Source: a virus. From it: a DNA stretch of 25,610 nt. Position 1 is the first letter of the stretch. Each line of letters begins with the position of its first letter. Of the stretch, positions 25,378-25,610 are shown piece after piece. The position numbers were made by a program, and so were the translations under genes. The DNA is taken from the IMG/VR virus record IMGVR_UViG_3300035512_000435. The stretch is one strand, 5' to 3'. Under the pieces are notes generated by a model. It saw only the letters and a list, made by a program, of their open reading frames with translations, was not told the DNA's origin and made no database searches.

Positions 25378-25420
25378 TTTGAGCCACAATTCTCCAGCTT
25401 TTTTACAGTTGTGGCTCAAA
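25378..25420. repeat. 12-bp perfect inverted repeat
   Basis: TTTGAGCCACAA (25378-25389) and TTGTGGCTCAAA (25409-25420), 19-nt loop. Confidence 0.85.
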
Positions 25421-25510
25421 TGTGGTTCAAAACAAAAAACCGAATTTGGTTAATTATCTAAGGTTCAGGAGCTTGCGATTAAAAGAATGGCAGATTCCGG
25501 TTCCGTCGAT

Positions 25511-25535
25511 TAGGGTTCGACTCCCTATGGGCATA
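25511..25535 (+). other. Possible 3' end fragment of a tRNA gene / candidate attachment site
   Basis: TAGGG-TTCGACT-CCCTA matches a tRNA T-arm, followed by TGGGCATA. No matching 5' acceptor (ATGCCCA) at the expected distance upstream. Confidence 0.4.
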
Positions 25536-25548
25536 CAAATTTAATGAA

Positions 25549-25585
25549 AAACTCCGACTCTTGCGAGCCGGAGTTTATTTTTTAT
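25549..25585 (+). terminator. Rho-independent terminator
   Basis: AAACTCCG-A-CTC TTGC GAG-C-CGGAGTTT hairpin followed by ATTTTTTAT. Confidence 0.8.
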
Positions 25586-25610
25586 CTTACTTTTTCACTG
25601 GTTTGGGTTC

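Noticed and set aside
25460-25535. Complete tRNA gene
   Set aside because: The T-arm is good, but no 5' acceptor strand ATGCCCA or convincing anticodon stem could be found upstream.
1-25610. CRISPR arrays or insertion sequences
   Set aside because: No regularly spaced direct repeats and no transposase-like ORF were seen.

Overview
This window is the late structural region of a Bacteroidetes-type tailed prophage or phage. A short minus-strand operon lies at ~1-2032. It includes a CDS running off the left edge that the ORF track misses. Plus-strand late genes follow: scaffold/decoration-like proteins, probable major capsid, head-tail connector and completion proteins, tail tube, a probable -1 frameshifted tail-assembly chaperone, tape measure, LamG-containing tail protein, a 1547-aa tail protein, then RT, holin, GH19 lysin and a spanin-like protein. 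The main find is a diversity-generating retroelement (DGR) at ~19801-23163. It has a target gene with a C-terminal variable repeat (VR 21083-21188), an intergenic template repeat (TR 21400-21505), and a reverse transcriptase with IGFLTSQ and YMDD motifs. VR and TR align without gaps over 106 nt with 9 mismatches, all at TR adenines (9 of 24 A changed, 0 of 82 non-A). The 10 AAT codons of the TR carry all the changes, recoding 7 residues. Unusual points are the absence of a recognisable avd gene, a C-terminal extension on the RT, an uncharacterised 139-aa protein directly downstream, and a strong terminator upstream of the cassette. All calls come from reading the sequence; no database search was run.
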